Shown here: positions 53,959 to 62,991 of the stretch, one piece after another
How the letters are laid out: each line of letters begins with the position of its first letter
Numbering within the stretch: the first letter of the stretch is position 1
Origin: Candidatus Poribacteria bacterium
GTDB lineage: Bacteria > Poribacteria > WGA-4E > WGA-3G
Reading direction: 5' to 3'
Length of the DNA: 64,000 bases
Assembly: GCA_012271015.1 (NCBI GenBank)
Contig: JAAXHD010000105.1
Span: 5,417 to 69,416, forward strand
Program-made: the position numbers and the translations under genes
Notes under the pieces: model-generated
Seen by the model: only the letters and a program-made list of their open reading frames with translations
Told to the model about the DNA's origin: nothing
The model's database searches: none

Positions 53959-54822
53959 TTATTCGCCGCTACGTCCACCAATGGCGTTGATAGCAAACAA
54001 GCCGACGCCTGCTGCCACAGTCGTCAGAAACACCAAAGCGCGCTTGGATGAGGAGAGTTCCTCGTGGACCCCTTTGGCATCCTCAAGTATCATTTTGATT
54101 TCATTGATTGCCTTTTGATTGGCTTCAACGTTCGCCAATAGCATCTTCACGTTCCCTTCGATGGATTCGACGAGTTTGCTTGTTGCTTCCTCTGCCATCT
54201 TGTGCTCTTTGATCATTTTCTCGATTCCTGCGAGATGCTCGTCAAGATGAGCGATTTCGTGAAGGACAGCAGATTTGTTGGCTTTAAGGGCTTCTTTGAT
54301 GCTGGAGGAAACTACGTCACTAGATTGATTCACAGCAGCCATTAACTTTTCTTGTGATTTTAGGCTTGCCTCAAGTGCTTCGATTTGTGCCTTGAGTTCG
54401 TCCATACTGTTATTAAGTCCGTTAATTTCTGCTTCGAGTTTATCCCGCGTGGCTTCGGATTCGGCTAACTCCGCTCTTAGCTGTTCCAGCTCTGCCTGCT
54501 GTGCTACCAACTCTTCTTCAGCAACATCCTTCACCTCTTTCATCATAGCGATTGGAATGCGTAATGCTTCACCGGGATAGATGAGGTGCGGGTTGGTGAA
54601 ATCGTTATATTTGCTCAGTTCGCGCCACCGGAGTGGGTCCTTGAGGTGCTCTTGGCAGAGATCCCAGAGGGTATCACCCTTTACAATGGTGATGAGCTGG
54701 GTGCCATCATCCCCCTCGTGCGGTGTGATTTTCGCAGATGCGGATAACACGTAAACTCCACTGAGTGCTGCGCAAATGTACAGAATTAGTGCCAACTTCA
54801 GTGTGCCTCTTATCATTTTCAT
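53959..54822 (-). CDS. LysM-domain protein with a long coiled coil and a C-terminal transmembrane segment
   Basis: Signal or anchor segment (LALILYICAALSGVYVLSASA). LysM motif (ITIVKGDTLWDLCQEHLKDPLRWRELSKYNDFTNPHLIYPGEALRIP). About 150 aa of heptad-rich E/K/A/L sequence follow, then the terminal ALVFLTTVAAGVGLFAINAIG. Confidence 0.7.
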   Translation of the reverse strand: MKMIRGTLKLALILYICAALSGVYVLSASAKITPHEGDDGTQLITIVKGDTLWDLCQEHLKDPLRWRELSKYNDFTNPHLIYPGEALRIPIAMMKEVKDVAEEELVAQQAELEQLRAELAESEATRDKLEAEINGLNNSMDELKAQIEALEASLKSQEKLMAAVNQSSDVVSSSIKEALKANKSAVLHEIAHLDEHLAGIEKMIKEHKMAEEATSKLVESIEGNVKMLLANVEANQKAINEIKMILEDAKGVHEELSSSKRALVFLTTVAAGVGLFAINAIGGRSGE

Positions 54823-54834
54823 CAGTTATCTCCT

Positions 54835-55863
54835 TTAAAATCTATAAGAGAGAGACGCAAAGTGAGTCGATCCAACGCCGTTAATTTCGCTTGCCATGCC
54901 ATCTTGAATGGCATAGTCAATCTGTAAGCCACCGATGTTCACGCCAAATCCTCCGAAGAGGTTTTGTGTGTCGCGTGATGCTCGGATGCCACCTCGGATG
55001 GCAAGAGCAGTGGACTTGTAAGTGACAATGGTATATTCAGTACCGAGTCTTAGACTTGTTGCGCTCTCGTCAAGGTTGACCATCTCTTGCTCGATATCGG
55101 CTGCGAATGTGACGACGTTACCAACATAGAGATTATAGGCTGCCCCGACGCTAATCACCATCGGCACAGTATCTTCACCAAGAGCTGCCCCCAAATATTT
55201 CACAGCGAGTCCGTAATGGAAAGTCGGGACCTTTTCTTCGCCGACATCTATGTGCAGGGCATGTCCCATGAGTCCGACATCAACACCGCCAAACCCACTC
55301 TGGCTTTCAACGCCCTCTGCACCAAAGTTATCCGCCAGCATGCGCCCTGTTAGACCGACACCGAAGTTTCCGAACCCAATGCCGTAGGAGAGGGAATAGG
55401 CGTTTGCACTATAGTTAAATGTGCCGCCGTATCGTTCCTTGGCATCATATTGTTGGATACCACTGACACCTGCATTTGTAACAGCAAGTCCGATAGATCC
55501 GGCTGAACCGAGTGCTTTCGTCAATGCGATGAAGTTATGGCTCCTATCCAGATCGAGTTGCTGTGTTGAAAAATTGAGACTTAAATCCGCTGCGGAGCCG
55601 AGTCCTGCTGGGTTCCAAACGGTTGCGGTGGCATCATCGGCGATTGCTGTGAAGGCACCGCCCATGCCGATCGAGCGCGCGCCGGCACCAAGCCGTAGGT
55701 GCGGCATGGCATCGACTCCGGCAAAACTGACCGGTGACACCGCTAGGATAAGAAAGAAAAGGGGTATTAAACCACATAGCAATTTCGGGCCCTGTCTGGA
55801 AGCCCATTTAGCCTTAGGGCGTAGCTTGCAAGCCCGTCTAAAACTGTGCTTTGTCATTAACAT
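54835..55863 (-). CDS. PorV/PorQ-like outer-membrane beta-barrel protein
   Basis: LRLGAGARSIGMGGAFTAIADDATATVWNPAGLG near the N-terminus, alternating beta-strand pattern throughout, and a terminal aromatic residue (SLSYRF). Start is set at ATG 55863, with GGAGGA 4 nt upstream. Confidence 0.6.
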   Translation of the reverse strand: MLMTKHSFRRACKLRPKAKWASRQGPKLLCGLIPLFFLILAVSPVSFAGVDAMPHLRLGAGARSIGMGGAFTAIADDATATVWNPAGLGSAADLSLNFSTQQLDLDRSHNFIALTKALGSAGSIGLAVTNAGVSGIQQYDAKERYGGTFNYSANAYSLSYGIGFGNFGVGLTGRMLADNFGAEGVESQSGFGGVDVGLMGHALHIDVGEEKVPTFHYGLAVKYLGAALGEDTVPMVISVGAAYNLYVGNVVTFAADIEQEMVNLDESATSLRLGTEYTIVTYKSTALAIRGGIRASRDTQNLFGGFGVNIGGLQIDYAIQDGMASEINGVGSTHFASLSYRF

Positions 55864-55937
55864 TATATCCTCCAAAAGACTGTCCACATCGGGAATTGGA
55901 CGGATGTCCAATTCCCGATATGCAGACTGCGGTATAC

Positions 55938-58900
55938 TTAGCGCGTCAGTGCGAGTTTGAGAATGGCATATTCTGGCTCGAAACCGTCTGCGACCATAAT
56001 TTGACAGAAGTAAACGCCTCGAGCTAAGTCTTCGCCAGCGGTGGACGTTCCGTCCCAACCGATTGCGCCTTTGCCAACGTACTCGCCTGCATCCCAGACC
56101 TCGTTATCTACAAGGACTCGAACTGGACGGAGCGTCATATCATAAATGATAATGCTCACTGTGGATTGTCGAGTCAATGTGAAGGAAATACGAGTATTGT
56201 CCTTGAACGGGTTGGGTGCGTTAATCGGACGCGATGCCAATACTGGGCCTTCCACACTCTCAACAAAGAACGTAAACTCATGAACCGCCATGTTCGCTTC
56301 ACGGGCACCGGTACTCTTGTCAGAAACGTTACCCTCTTTATGCGCCATGTCAGATACTTCAAGTTTAACGGTATGTTGCCCGAAAGCGAGTTCGGCAGGG
56401 GGTGTGTATAGCACCTGTGATGCCGATTTTTCATTCGGTTTGAGGTTAATCAGCTGGTCATCAAAAACGAATCGGATAGAATCAGGATCTACACCGGATT
56501 CAGCATCAGCATAGGTTATCGAAATCTGCGGACGGCGTTCAGTCAGACGTGCCTCATTCTGTGGGGACGACATCGTGATAACCGGAGCGGCAGTATCGAA
56601 GTCGATTGTGAAACTACCCTTTGCTGTAGCGGAGTTGCCGATTGTATCGGTTGCGCGGACTTCAATCGTGTAAGTTCCCTCATCAAGAGGAGCTTCAGGA
56701 ATGAAATCCAAGCGTGTGATACCTTCGACATCGTCTTCGCCATCATCTTCGGTGTCACCTTTCACCTCTTTACCATCGCTATCCATCAGGATGATATCCA
56801 TTTCGTCAACGCCTGATTCATCGTTGGCACTCACCGAAATTGTCGGGAGTCCAGCACGGATAGTTCCGGTTGGCGTAATTGAGGTGATCGTAGGTGCGAC
56901 GTTATCAACCTCCAGTGTGAAGCTCCATGAATGTTCTCTTTTGCCGCCTTCGCTGATAGCAATAACTTTGACGGTATGCGTTCCTGCTGTGAAGCTTTCG
57001 GCAACCTGAAGGCGTCCATCAGCAATCTGTGCAGGTGCTATGGAACGAAGTGGCTGGTCGCCTATACCGAACTTCACACTTACAACCTTGGATTCCGCAT
57101 CATTAACAACCGCTGAGATCGTTACCCAACTTTCACCTTTGATGGTTCCAGACGGAGCCGCCTCAGTGATGACTGGCGGGGTTGTGTCTGCGGGAGTCCC
57201 TTCTATAGCGAACTCACGGGAGGCCTCACCGATGTTTCCGAGGATATCAGCAACTCGCACGGTCACTCGATACGCACCACCACCGAGTTTCTCAGTGCGG
57301 GTGTAGACCAACGTGCCGTTATCTGTTTCAATAGCCTCCTGATCAACTGCAACATCAACGCTCCCTTGTTCCGGTAAGATGCGTGTTATACCAACTGTTG
57401 GACCGGCAGCAAGTTCCGTAGTTGCCCACGCTAAGACTTCCTGACCGTTACTGTCGGTACCACTGCCTTCACCATCGTTATAGGTCGCGTGAACGGTTGG
57501 CAAACTCGCTACGGTATGGTCTTCCGAAGGTGTTTGAATTTCGACCATCGGACCGGTGTTATCAAGATTGATTTCCTTCAATGGGAAACCCACCGAACCG
57601 TTCCGTTTGGTAACAATAGCATTCGGTGTATACATTCCGTCGGCTAACGCTGAAACATCTACCTTGAGTGAGAAGGTGTTTTCAGGATCTTCGTCACTTT
57701 CAGTTGGTACTTCACTTCCATCAATAGAACCGCTGAGCTCTGCAGCATCTAACGAACCGTTGTCGACATTAAGGCCTATAGTCAGCGAACTCCGAAGCGG
57801 AATCGGTTCTTGTGGTGTTCTCGGAACATCCACACCGTCAACGGCTGTAACCTTCAGCTGCGTGATATCAGCGACTCGGAAGTTTAGCACGTTCACCGTG
57901 ATTTGTGGAGACTCATCGGTTTGTACATTACCGAATTCGTCAACTGCAAGGGCGTGGATCATATAAGCCCCATTCCCAAGCACTCCGACATCGGTGGTAA
58001 CGTCCAGCATTCCGGCTTCACCCTCGATCATGGTCTCGTTGCCATCGGCATCGACTTGCACTAACTGAATCGAGGCATACGTGCTCGGATCAGCAGTCGG
58101 TTCAGCGGTATAAGTTGCTATCGGTGACGGAACGGTCTCATCAACGATTCCACCGACTGTGTAGTTGCCATCTGCGTCCGCTTCAATCATTCCAGCGACA
58201 TCGGCAACAGCGACAATGTTTGTTGGCCCGAGTGGGGCGACATCGTCAACGTTGTCAACGGATAGATATGTCTTTGCACCCGGACGTCCTGGGACTTCCT
58301 CAGCACCGCTGGTAATTGCGGTTGCGTTGACCATATACTGGCTGTCATCCTTGGAAGCATCGCGTGCGGCATCACTCTCGGCTGTGATAGTATCTTCCAA
58401 AGCCGTCGTATCTACCTCAACTGACCATTTCAGGTAGGTTGGGTAGTGGATTGGTTTACCTGACAATTCATCCAGGGCTGTCGCTTCCGCTGCAACCGCA
58501 ACGAGATCCGTGATGAAGTCGGTATTCTGCTGTAATGCTGCTATTTCTTCCTCGGTAGCGAGAACACCCGTATCGGCTGTGCCAACAACTTCATCGTCAA
58601 TCATCAGCTTAAGGGAAGCAATCTCTGGATATGTCCGTTGTGGCGTATATCCATTGATAACGACCGTGCCTTGCGGACCACCACTATCTGGATTTGTTTT
58701 CGTAATGGACTCAGTGTCAAGGACGAGTGCCAGAATTTCAATATCCACCGGATGCACACCGGCATCTAATTGAATTGAGAACGGCTCCGACATGTGTGTA
58801 AGTTGGAGCGCATTGGTTGCCACAGCCCGTATCATGACAGAATCGCCTGCGCTTACTAACGCATCAAAATCGGTGACATCCCAACTCACTTCAAAGGTTG

Positions 58901-61652
58901 ACACATCTTCGCCTTCAGCGAACATCCGCGCTTCACCGATGGGGTGCCATGCGCCGTTTGCGTCCATGTATTCCACATGGATGGATGCGGGGTGAGATGT
59001 GCGGTGATCAACGCCGACCATGAGCATCACGCCATCTGTGGTGTTCGAGTAGATGGTTCCGCTTTCGTAGGGTTCATCAGCGTCGCCATCACCGTTTCGG
59101 TCGCCGATACTGACGGCTGTAACGCTCGCTTTGTCAGTTTCTGGCATAACGATTCTGAGCCGTGTCGGTTCAGCATAGGAACCGACGTTGAAGAGGGTAT
59201 CAATTCCCAAGGCGCGAATGCCATAATTCCCCACAAGGAGCGGCATCTTTTCACCCTGAATAGGCATCACCATATTATTATCTGGATCGCCGAAGGTGAT
59301 TGGCACAGCATTCAGGACATCTACTGCGGCACCTAAAACGTCAATCAACAAGGCCGCATGCTCGTCAGACAATCCCCCGAAACCCGTAAACTGTTTAATA
59401 GATTGAAGGCCCGGATTTACAAACGTTTGGACCAAACCCGGCCCCGCAGATGATGTCAGAACACTCAATATTGTTTCCAAGGGTAAATTGAGCTCTGTCG
59501 GGATTTCTATACCTTGACGCTCCAATAGTTGTAAAGTTTCATCCCATAGCCTTGATGCTAACATCGTGGACTCAATTGTCAAAGGCATCCAAGTATTCGG
59601 ATTTTCAAGCGATGCCTCCCCCTGATAGGGTGTTCCGTCTTCATTCAATTTGATGATTTGGTAGACGAGATACCCTTCGCCGGGTGCCACGTTAGCGTAC
59701 TGGGGGACACCTGTGACATTTAAGGTAGCAGCGAGACCCGGTTCCAGTGCAGTGGCAACGTAGATATCCTCGTTATTGCTCGGATAACCCCCTGTATTAG
59801 TTGCTGAACGAATCCGAATATCTGCTTCCGGGGCTCTTGTATCAACGGTAAACTGCTCTTGCACCTGATCTAACGGGTTTCCGTCAGCATCGTGGACAAC
59901 GGCCTGCAAGTAATTGTGCCCCTCAGCGATATTGGGAATAGAGGTGACCCAGAGCGATGATCCTGGCGTGGGGTGCCGAACCGTGAAGACAGAAGCCAGC
60001 ATTGGATCAAAAGCAGTCTCAAATTTAGTGACAATCCTATTTGCATTCCGTGCAAGTATACTCTGAATTCTGCGCTGTTGCTTTGGCGTGGCAACGCTCA
60101 GAAATTCATTCACATCAATTGGCTGACCTGCTAAAACTTTTTGGAGTATACTGGCGGCCCCTGGCGAAGTAAGTATGTTAGTAACTACGCGATTTAAATC
60201 AGGCGTAAATAATTCGCGAATAATACCGCGATCCACTATCTGTAGGTTCCGCGGATCTGGCATTGCCCAACCCTCAATTGTGTACTCCCTTGTAGCACTG
60301 AGTACGCCTTCCAAGCTTATGGTGGTTGGGTCCATAGCAGCAATTGCTTCGCGGTCCAGTGTCTTAAACGTAACCGGTTCAGCGAGTACAACCTCAAAAA
60401 AGTAATAAGTACTACCCGGTGGAATACCTATCTCTTTTTCCCAAACGACCCCATTCTCTCCAACCATCGGCTCCATAGCAATAGATGCATAGTGTTCGTC
60501 CCCGGTGGAACGTGTGGTCGAATACCGCAGTCTAACATCGGAGAACAATGCGGTGCTGAGACTGGGCCATGCGGGTAGGTTGGTAGCGGCGAGCGTCTCT
60601 TCCAGTCGGAAGGTATAAGGAATGGTATCCGCTTGGAATTCATCTGTCGTAACTTCTGTGCCTTGAAATGTTCCGCCGTTCCTGAGGCTAAACGTAACGC
60701 CAGCAACCTTTGCTGGCACACGCATATACACCTGTAAACTGTCCCGCGTTAGGTGTTTGGTGCTTCTTTCTAAATAGATAAAATCATTGAAGTCTGGTGT
60801 TATTGCATTTCCGAAGTTTTCATAATCTAAGTGCTTCGCCTCGTTTTCAAAAAGAGCGAGACGTTTTGCCATTAAAATTTGGCGAACCTGCGATTTTGGG
60901 AAAAACCCTTGCGGAACCATACTAACTATCGCGTCCACTAGAGAATCTTCGGGCAGCCCAGTTGCGCGGCTAATTTCCTTTATAAAACCCCTTCCAGAAG
61001 CAGCATTTAGCGAAAGTCCACCAAGCCTCGATTTGCCTACAAGGTATTCATTCGTGGGCATTATCGGATCGAATGGATCTGCTGATGGAGCTTCCATTGA
61101 AGGTAGCGGTTCGGGAGTCGGCACCGGTTCCGGAGTTGGTTCTGGTGTCGGCTCAGGCTTCGGTTCCGGAGTTGGTTCTGGTGTCGGCTCAGGCTTCGGT
61201 TCCGGAGTTGGTTCTGGTATCGGCTCAGGCTTCGGTTCCGGTGCCCTAACATTCAACGTCCCTGCAAGTTCGTCAATCGCTTTTACGTCTGCAAGCAAAG
61301 ATTGCACCAGCGGATCACTGAGCATTGCTATGAGTTCGGCATCCGTTTTCAGCAATTCTATGAACTGGGGATTTGTGTCCGGCGCAAAATTCAGTAGCAG
61401 ATCTGGAGCCGCGACGACAGCCCCAATAATTGCGGGATTTGCGCTCAAAATCCCTTGGATCTGGTCTGATTTCAGCCCCTCCAGAACGTCTGGCAAGACT
61501 GCTTGAATATCCTCACGTTGAAGCGTCTCGCTGTATTTTGCGGCTACCTGTTCTGCGAGAGAGACTTCTTGCCCGAAAACCGTGTTCGGGATTGAAGTGT
61601 AAAGAACACACAATGTAAAAATCAAAAAACAAACGAGTGTTCGTTTTTTCAT
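55938..61652 (-). CDS. giant (1904 aa) secreted surface protein: signal peptide, PEPxPEP linker, many Ig-like domains, C-terminal FlgD-Ig/T9SS-CTD-like domain
   Basis: Signal peptide MKKRTLVCFLIFTLCVLYTSIPNTVFG. The linker is PEPKPEPIPEPTPEPKPEPTPEP.... Repeated modules of about 100 aa begin D.T/APP.I (for example DTTPPVITEAAPSG, DNVAPTITSITPTG, DTAAPVITMSSPQN). The C-terminus is PNPFKDNTRISFTL....VSIIIYDMTLRPVRVL......WDG....G.DLARGVYFCQI. AGGAGG lies 8 nt upstream of the ATG. Confidence 0.8.
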   Translation of the reverse strand: MKKRTLVCFLIFTLCVLYTSIPNTVFGQEVSLAEQVAAKYSETLQREDIQAVLPDVLEGLKSDQIQGILSANPAIIGAVVAAPDLLLNFAPDTNPQFIELLKTDAELIAMLSDPLVQSLLADVKAIDELAGTLNVRAPEPKPEPIPEPTPEPKPEPTPEPTPEPKPEPTPEPTPEPVPTPEPLPSMEAPSADPFDPIMPTNEYLVGKSRLGGLSLNAASGRGFIKEISRATGLPEDSLVDAIVSMVPQGFFPKSQVRQILMAKRLALFENEAKHLDYENFGNAITPDFNDFIYLERSTKHLTRDSLQVYMRVPAKVAGVTFSLRNGGTFQGTEVTTDEFQADTIPYTFRLEETLAATNLPAWPSLSTALFSDVRLRYSTTRSTGDEHYASIAMEPMVGENGVVWEKEIGIPPGSTYYFFEVVLAEPVTFKTLDREAIAAMDPTTISLEGVLSATREYTIEGWAMPDPRNLQIVDRGIIRELFTPDLNRVVTNILTSPGAASILQKVLAGQPIDVNEFLSVATPKQQRRIQSILARNANRIVTKFETAFDPMLASVFTVRHPTPGSSLWVTSIPNIAEGHNYLQAVVHDADGNPLDQVQEQFTVDTRAPEADIRIRSATNTGGYPSNNEDIYVATALEPGLAATLNVTGVPQYANVAPGEGYLVYQIIKLNEDGTPYQGEASLENPNTWMPLTIESTMLASRLWDETLQLLERQGIEIPTELNLPLETILSVLTSSAGPGLVQTFVNPGLQSIKQFTGFGGLSDEHAALLIDVLGAAVDVLNAVPITFGDPDNNMVMPIQGEKMPLLVGNYGIRALGIDTLFNVGSYAEPTRLRIVMPETDKASVTAVSIGDRNGDGDADEPYESGTIYSNTTDGVMLMVGVDHRTSHPASIHVEYMDANGAWHPIGEARMFAEGEDVSTFEVSWDVTDFDALVSAGDSVMIRAVATNALQLTHMSEPFSIQLDAGVHPVDIEILALVLDTESITKTNPDSGGPQGTVVINGYTPQRTYPEIASLKLMIDDEVVGTADTGVLATEEEIAALQQNTDFITDLVAVAAEATALDELSGKPIHYPTYLKWSVEVDTTALEDTITAESDAARDASKDDSQYMVNATAITSGAEEVPGRPGAKTYLSVDNVDDVAPLGPTNIVAVADVAGMIEADADGNYTVGGIVDETVPSPIATYTAEPTADPSTYASIQLVQVDADGNETMIEGEAGMLDVTTDVGVLGNGAYMIHALAVDEFGNVQTDESPQITVNVLNFRVADITQLKVTAVDGVDVPRTPQEPIPLRSSLTIGLNVDNGSLDAAELSGSIDGSEVPTESDEDPENTFSLKVDVSALADGMYTPNAIVTKRNGSVGFPLKEINLDNTGPMVEIQTPSEDHTVASLPTVHATYNDGEGSGTDSNGQEVLAWATTELAAGPTVGITRILPEQGSVDVAVDQEAIETDNGTLVYTRTEKLGGGAYRVTVRVADILGNIGEASREFAIEGTPADTTPPVITEAAPSGTIKGESWVTISAVVNDAESKVVSVKFGIGDQPLRSIAPAQIADGRLQVAESFTAGTHTVKVIAISEGGKREHSWSFTLEVDNVAPTITSITPTGTIRAGLPTISVSANDESGVDEMDIILMDSDGKEVKGDTEDDGEDDVEGITRLDFIPEAPLDEGTYTIEVRATDTIGNSATAKGSFTIDFDTAAPVITMSSPQNEARLTERRPQISITYADAESGVDPDSIRFVFDDQLINLKPNEKSASQVLYTPPAELAFGQHTVKLEVSDMAHKEGNVSDKSTGAREANMAVHEFTFFVESVEGPVLASRPINAPNPFKDNTRISFTLTRQSTVSIIIYDMTLRPVRVLVDNEVWDAGEYVGKGAIGWDGTSTAGEDLARGVYFCQIMVADGFEPEYAILKLALTR
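61125..61244. repeat. 36-bp tandem repeat (3.3 copies) encoding the (TPEPTPEPKPEP)n linker of the giant protein
   Basis: GGTTCCGGAGTTGGTTCTGGTGTCGGCTCAGGCTTC occurs at 61125-61160 and 61161-61196. The copy at 61197-61232 has one G-to-A change. A partial unit follows. Confidence 0.85.
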
Positions 61653-62183
61653 TAACTCATCCTCCTAGTTAAGTCTGCGCGCTCGCAAGACTAAGTACTG
61701 AAGTTTCTTAGATGGGCAAGCGAGAATACAACAAAGACGACTGGGGTAGATGTCTGCCCATCCAATCAACATCCTACCAACGAGCGTTAAAATTTCCCGA
61801 TACCGATGTAACCATGGGATAGCGTTAGTATAGCCTATGGCACAGGTCAAAAGCAAATAAAAAGCGGGCATTTGACTTTAGTAATTTGACCCTGCGGGAA
61901 TTTTTCTATTATTTTAGCATAAAGTGGTAAAATTAAGCAAACCTTTAATCGTTAAGTGTCAGAGACATTACGTTACACGGGCAAAACCGGTAAACAGAAT
62001 CGTCCTGCAGTTACGTGATGTTTTGTGCAATCGGTGAAAATTTGTTCCCGCCGCATCGGTATATCATCGATTAAATTGCAGTCCGCCTCTATTAATAATA
62101 CCACAACTCTCAAAATATGTCAAATCAAAATTTCAAATTTTCCTGAAGATTTCTGGCTATTTTCGTAGAAATCCACAATCTGT

Positions 62184-62212
62184 TTGACATATTACCAAAA
62201 AACGTTTAAACT
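62184..62212 (+). promoter_or_regulatory. candidate sigma70-type promoter for the PhyH gene at 62241
   Basis: TTGACA at 62184-62189, a 17-nt spacer, then TAAACT at 62207-62212. The opposite strand carries a mirror-image candidate (TTGACA 62217-62212, 17 nt, TAATAT 62194-62189). Confidence 0.4.
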
Positions 62213-62240
62213 GTCAAGAAAAATAACGCTGGAGAAAAAA

Positions 62241-62987
62241 ATGGCTATCTTGACTGAATCTGAAAAGAATCAATTGGACCAGCACGGTTTTTTGCTGCTG
62301 GAAAGTCTTATATCCCCAGATACAACGACCCGGCTTCGGGAACGCTCCTTATTCCTGGCTGCAGCGGAGCAAAAAGACAGCAAAGGCCATTTATACCTTG
62401 CGAATGACAGTGCACAACGCGTCTGGAATCTCGTTGATAAAGGCGAGATATTTGAAGAAGCTATCCAACAGCCCAAGATGCTCGCCGCGATGGAGTATTT
62501 ACTCGGTGCTGATTGCACACTGAGTTCGTTTACGATAAATGTGCTTTATCCCGGTGCGCCTGATACCGGTCTCCATATTGATTATCCGTTATCTGGGCTC
62601 CCTACGCCACGTCCAAACTTTCCTATAGTTGCCAACAGCGTATGGTTTTTAGATGACTGGACGCTTGAAAATGGGGCAACCAGCTGTGTGCCAGGAAGTC
62701 ATCAAAGGCTTGAAGCACTACCTGAACCCTATGTGGAATATGACGATGAGTTGCAGATTTGTGCACCCCGTGGCTCCGTCCTAATCGTCAATGGGGCAAT
62801 ATGGCACGGGTCTTCGGAAAATAGAACGAATGAACCACGTGTTGGGTTACTCGGTTTTTTCTGTCGTTCTATCCTGAAACCGCAGCAAGCACACCTTGAA
62901 TTGGTATCAGATGACGTTGTATCACGTGCGACACCGACCTTAAGACGATTGCTGGGTTTCGATTCGTTGCCGAATATGAACGCTTAA
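62241..62987 (+). CDS. PhyH-family Fe(II)/2-oxoglutarate oxygenase
   Basis: LDQHGFLLLE, GLHIDYP (H-x-D) and GAIWHGSSEN. Start is set at ATG 62241, with GGAGA 5 nt upstream. Confidence 0.75.
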   Translation: MAILTESEKNQLDQHGFLLLESLISPDTTTRLRERSLFLAAAEQKDSKGHLYLANDSAQRVWNLVDKGEIFEEAIQQPKMLAAMEYLLGADCTLSSFTINVLYPGAPDTGLHIDYPLSGLPTPRPNFPIVANSVWFLDDWTLENGATSCVPGSHQRLEALPEPYVEYDDELQICAPRGSVLIVNGAIWHGSSENRTNEPRVGLLGFFCRSILKPQQAHLELVSDDVVSRATPTLRRLLGFDSLPNMNA

Positions 62988-62991
62988 CACC

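Noticed and set aside
55864-56058. N-terminal 65-residue extension of the PorV-like ORF, overlapping the 3' end of the giant gene.
   Set aside because: The extension is Arg-rich and not signal-like. ATG 55863 is preceded by GGAGGA and is followed by a plausible signal sequence, so the shorter model is preferred.
61033-61506. 157-aa ORF with GSGVGSGFGS repeats.
   Set aside because: It is the antisense translation of the PEPTPEPKPEP linker repeat of the giant adhesin gene, so it is a shadow ORF.
53250-61652. Calling the minus-strand cluster a type IX secretion system locus.
   Set aside because: Only a cargo-like CTD and a PorV/PorQ-like barrel are present. None of the core machinery genes (porK/L/M/N, sov, porU/Z) is present, so T9SS itself cannot be claimed from this window.
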